A stretch of 63,880 nt of DNA, counting the filler, from Olpidium bornovanus S191 (taxonomy: Eukaryota > Fungi > Olpidiomycota): the NCBI GenBank assembly GCA_017911155.1. It is 25 parts of 25 records of this genome, joined end to end, with 100 filler letters (N's around TTAATTAATTAA, not from the genome) between each part and the next. Parts side by side here need not be neighbours in the genome. Positions count along the whole stretch, not along the records: positions 59,560 to 61,063 come from JAEFCI010009792.1; positions 61,164 to 62,721 come from JAEFCI010012610.1; positions 62,822 to 63,880 come from JAEFCI010009872.1; 22 more parts are not named here. One strand, written 5' to 3'. Positions within the stretch are counted from its first letter, which is position 1; every line of letters starts with the position of its first letter. Below the pieces are notes generated by a model, which saw only the letters and a list, made by a program, of their open reading frames with translations, was not told the DNA's origin and made no database searches. The position numbers and the translations under genes are program-made. This document shows positions 60,250-63,880 of the stretch, piece by piece.

Positions 60250-60589
60250 CAGGCAAAGCCGTTCTTCCCTCCGGCAGCAACAGCTGCCGTCAGTCATTGA
60301 TGCAGGACGCGGAAATGCGGGCAGGAAGGGACGCGCGGGCGCAATCTCGCCGTGCCGGCGGCGTCCGCGAACGGGAACCATAATCAGGTGCGTGCGCTGT
60401 TCCAGTACGCGCAGCGCGTACGCCCTGAGCCGCCAGCAGTATTTTAGGAAGTTAAACTGAGATGGATCTGTCTAATGGCCGCTCGTAAAAAACGAGGCGG
60501 GTAATGGCGCCGGCGTATGTTTCACCGTCTGTTTCGTGCAGAAACGCGCCCTCTCTGCGCTTTGCTTTCTCTACTGCGCTCGCTCATTT

Positions 60590-60665
60590 TTTTTATTTCT
60601 CTCTCTGTTTCTCTCTCTCTCTCTCTCTCTCTCTCCGTGTGTCTCTCTCTCGTTCTCTCTCGCTC

Positions 60666-60704
<39 letters not shown>

Positions 60705-60938
60705 TCTCTCTCAGCTCTCTCTCAGCTCTCTCTCTTTTCTCTCTCTCTCTCTCTCCTCTCTCCCCCTGCTACTTTCCCCCCCCGCCGCCTCCGCCGTCTC
60801 GCCCTTCCCTCCCGCACCCCCCCCCTTCTCCCGGAGCCCCCCCCCCCCCCCTTGCCCCGCCCCGCCCCGCCGCCCCACTTCCCGCCGTCCTCCGCCTTCT
60901 TCTTCTTCTTCTTCTTCTTCTTCTTCTTCTTCTTCTTC
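60590..60938. repeat. (CT)n and (CTT)n microsatellites
   Basis: CT run at ~60590-60760 and CTT run at ~60897-60938. Confidence 0.9.
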
Positions 60939-61012
60939 CGGCACCTCGAGAACCGACCGACACTCTCACCTCCGCCTCCCTCCGGGGATCAGGACAACGA
61001 ATTAGATAAACG

Positions 61013-61059
<47 letters not shown>

Positions 61060-61163
61060 CAACNNNNNNNNNNNNNNNNNNNNNNNNNNNNNNNNNNNNN
61101 NNNNNNNTTAATTAATTAANNNNNNNNNNNNNNNNNNNNNNNNNNNNNNNNNNNNNNNNNNNN

Positions 61164-62300
61164 GTAGCGCATTATGGACATCGCTCCAGGAATTCCAGTG
61201 ACCAACAGTCCCTGCAGGGTGTTGCCGCTGATTTGCGCGGTAGAATGACGAAGCCAACTTGTCGAGCTTCGCAGCTGCATGCAGTACTTTGAGCTGATCG
61301 GAAATGATCCCTGTGCTCATCAGGTCATAGGCATTGAGCTTCTCCATGAAGGTTTCCAACACGGCAGGACTTCCCGTGCCGTCGTAGCACGGAACGTCGT
61401 TGAGCAGTGGCTTAACCATGCTGTAGGAAATATTTGGTTCCGGGTTAGGGTTCTATGGTTCCGGGGGAGGAAACGGTCGGTCCGAGGTTGTCAGTAGCGG
61501 CTGTGACGGCCGCGGCCAAGCCACTGCTCGTGGCTGCACGCCCCGCAGCTGCGTCAACTGTGTGCGGCTCCGCAGAGTCGTCGGCGGCGTCACCGGCATG
61601 CACCACGGCGTTGCCACCACCATGCACAACCGCGGCCTCCGCGGCATCTTCCTCCTCCTCCTCATGGAAAGCTTCCGTTTTTGCGTCCAGAACTTCCAGG
61701 CGTCAAAGAATTGCTTCCAACGTGGCGTTGGTTTGCTTCTCGCGGACTGCTGCTGCTGCGCGTTCCCGTCCTGCTGCGCGCTCTCGTTCTGCCTCGCTCG
61801 CCGTGGTTGCGCGCTCCATGGCAAGCAGCTTTTCCTTCAAACTTGACACGTCCTCCGTTTCGTGCGCTGCCGCCGTCAAGGCTCATTCAAGCAATCTCTC
61901 TTCCCCCATACCTTCCGTTCTTTTCTCGTCCTGGAGGACTCTCCTGCCCCGGCTCCTGGTTGTTACTCCTTGAGGTACGTCCTCGACGGGAAAACGCGTC
62001 CCTTCGACCTTTACAAGGTTTTCTGCGGCCCCGCCGCTCTTTCTGACGCCGGACTCTGGCCTTACTGGACTTATCTCTGTGGGCATCGCCTCTTCGCTGA
62101 GGGGAACAGGGTTGGAGGGCAAAACGGTTCAAAGGGACGGGGACAGGAATGCTTTGATGATGGTTCTGGTCATCGTTGTCACACCCGCGTTGGGCTCATA
62201 ACCTCTTGTGAACAGTTGCGTTGTATTTCTCTTTTAGAGTTTTATTTTTAGGTGGGGAAAACTACGGTTTATGGTGTAGTGCGCAGTCGATGTCCAACAT
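61164..62300 (-). mobile_element. 5' end of a decayed LTR retrotransposon: LTR end, PBS, leader and gag pseudogene
   Basis: The minus strand has AATAAA...TTCACA AGA GGTTATGAGCCC (62192-62203), then an ATG at 62086. The coiled-coil ORF has two in-frame TGA stops and a frameshift before VPCYDGTGSPAVLETF...DQLKVLHAAAKLDKLASSFY...W. Confidence 0.78.
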
Positions 62301-63097
62301 GGTGGGCGGCCCATGACTGGTCGCCTCCCGCATAGAGTGGCGCTGCAGGCAATAGCAAAGCGCCTGCCCTGCCTGCGGCGGTGGCGCACCCGCCTGCCAG
62401 CGGCGGCCCGGTTAAACGGTGCGGTCACTACCGCGGCATGGGACGAGGTGCCCCAGCATAGGAAGCAGGCTAAGCTGGACCCGCGGGGGGGCTCATATAG
62501 AGTTGGATAAAAAAAAATACTTTTTCCTTTTTGCCCGCGGATAATATTCCGCGAGGCGCCTCTTACGATGGTGTTCCAGTGGAGGCCAGTGGTGTTCTAC
62601 ACATGGAGGTTGCCGGCGAAATGCCGGCTGAGGCCGAGGTTGACGACGGCGAGATGCCGGCTGACACCATTGGCACGGCTAAAATGGTCATTGACGGCGA
62701 GATGCTGGTCGACACCGTCACNNNNNNNNNNNNNNNNNNNNNNNNNNNNNNNNNNNNNNNNNNNNTTAATTAATTAANNNNNNNNNNNNNNNNNNNNNNN
62801 NNNNNNNNNNNNNNNNNNNNNAGTGACATCACGTTTGGCAGGAGAGGTGCAGGAGGGAACACAATTGATGGATACCTGGCCGTGAGCATTGATATAATAA
62901 ACGGTGCGCGTTCAATAAATCACGTGACTTGGCTCGCCATGTTTGCAGCAAGCCGGCGATATTTTTTTTTTTTTTTTTGCCTTTCAATATGGCCGCAGTT
63001 CCACCCTCGGCTCTTCGCCCAACCGACGACCGAACACCGTAACGCCACGCCGGAGCGCGTGGTTTCGGGCGGAAGTAACGCGACGCCTTCCGGGCGG

Positions 63098-63880
63098 ATG
63101 AAGGAGAGGGCTCTTTTGGACTTTCTCCGCAGCCTACCGCAGTATGGTTATATACGGTCGAGGATGGACCGAGGGCGGAGCAAGTTCTGGTACATCGACA
63201 TGCCGGACGAGTGGCAGCAGGCAAGGGGAAAGATCGTGGAGTTGCTCGAGGATATGCACTGCGAGAGTCCGACGGCTCGGCGAACGGTGACCGCCGACCG
63301 GTTTCCTTCGGTATCCAGCCCAAGTCACGAGTGCGGTCCGGTTGTGCCCCAGCGGCCAGAGACGCCGGTCCCGCTGCAAGGCTTGACGACGAGTGTCGCT
63401 CCTCCACCAGCAGCGGACGCAGCTGCCCGAAGAGCAAGCAACCCACGGTGCGGCCCATCGCTAATCCTACCGCCCGCCCAGGAAATCTGTTCGGGGACCT
63501 GCCCCGGGCCTCTGTCGTACGCCACCGAACTTCGCAACAGCGCCGACATATTACGCGGCGAACTTCTCCGGCGGAACATCCCGCATGCTCCAATGGGATT
63601 TTACGGGCCCCTGAGGAATTTTCACGCTTCTATCCGAAGCCCCGCAGAAGAGGGGCGGCGGGTCGATCTCGTCGTCGAGCAGTTTATAAGCGGTCAGCAC
63701 GGACTTATTGGCCACCCCTCGCTACATTGCGACGACACCTTCCACGCCCGCAGGTTCCTTGTTACCATTGCGGCCGGGAACGACGAGCGACGTGCAGGCT
63801 ACATCGAAAAGAGGCCGACGTCTCGGTCGCTCCACATTACCCTTGGGTATTACGGGACAAAAAAACTCCTGGAACCATGG
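63098..63880 (+). CDS. Unidentified ORF (261 codons), open to the window end
   Basis: MKERALLDFLRSLPQYGYIRSRMDRGRSKFWYIDMPDEW...LGYYGTKKLLEPW has no stop, so it is absent from the supplied ORF track. Confidence 0.5.
   Translation, partial: MKERALLDFLRSLPQYGYIRSRMDRGRSKFWYIDMPDEWQQARGKIVELLEDMHCESPTARRTVTADRFPSVSSPSHECGPVVPQRPETPVPLQGLTTSVAPPPAADAAARRASNPRCGPSLILPPAQEICSGTCPGPLSYATELRNSADILRGELLRRNIPHAPMGFYGPLRNFHASIRSPAEEGRRVDLVVEQFISGQHGLIGHPSLHCDDTFHARRFLVTIAAGNDERRAGYIEKRPTSRSLHITLGYYGTKKLLEPW

Noticed and set aside
62620-62721. 42-bp repeat encoding DGEMPADT-like units
   Set aside because: Only 2-3 copies, truncated by the contig end, so nothing can be assigned.

Overview
This window is not one locus. 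It consists of 25 short contigs (about 1.0-6.5 kb each) from a fragmented eukaryotic draft assembly, joined by 24 artificial 100-bp spacers (44 N + TTAATTAATTAA + 44 N), so adjacency across a spacer has no biological meaning. The DNA is GC-rich, rich in GT-AG introns and homopolymers, and encodes fungal-type genes. My inference is an early-diverging fungus (an Olpidium-like draft would fit, unconfirmed). Recognisable, mostly partial genes: VAC14, a PWWP protein, a BRD7/9-like bromodomain protein, RAM1, DRS2, MRPL1, HBS1, UBA2, Argonaute, cyclin L, cystathionine beta-lyase, AreA-type GATA factor, an RluA-family pseudouridine synthase-like protein, an RRM plus 2 zinc-knuckle SR protein, Hsp110/SSE1, a Pirh2/RCHY1 fragment, OXA1, SEC2, AKR1 and tRNA-Glu(UUC). 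There are also decayed LTR-retrotransposon pieces and several tandem repeats. The most notable observations are five. (1) The RluA-family protein has Glu in place of the catalytic Asp (LIRLE for VHRLD). (2) 18 of 50 contig or window ends lie at or within 2 nt of CATG, and Hsp110 is joined in frame to Pirh2 exactly at a CATG, which points to restriction/ligation chimeras. (3) A ~70-bp satellite has a ~395-bp higher-order repeat. (4) A gypsy-type gag lies behind a half-tRNA(iMet) primer-binding site. (5) Argonaute needs a 7-nt microexon. I find no convincing multi-gene novel system. All family assignments come from recalled motifs, not database searches.
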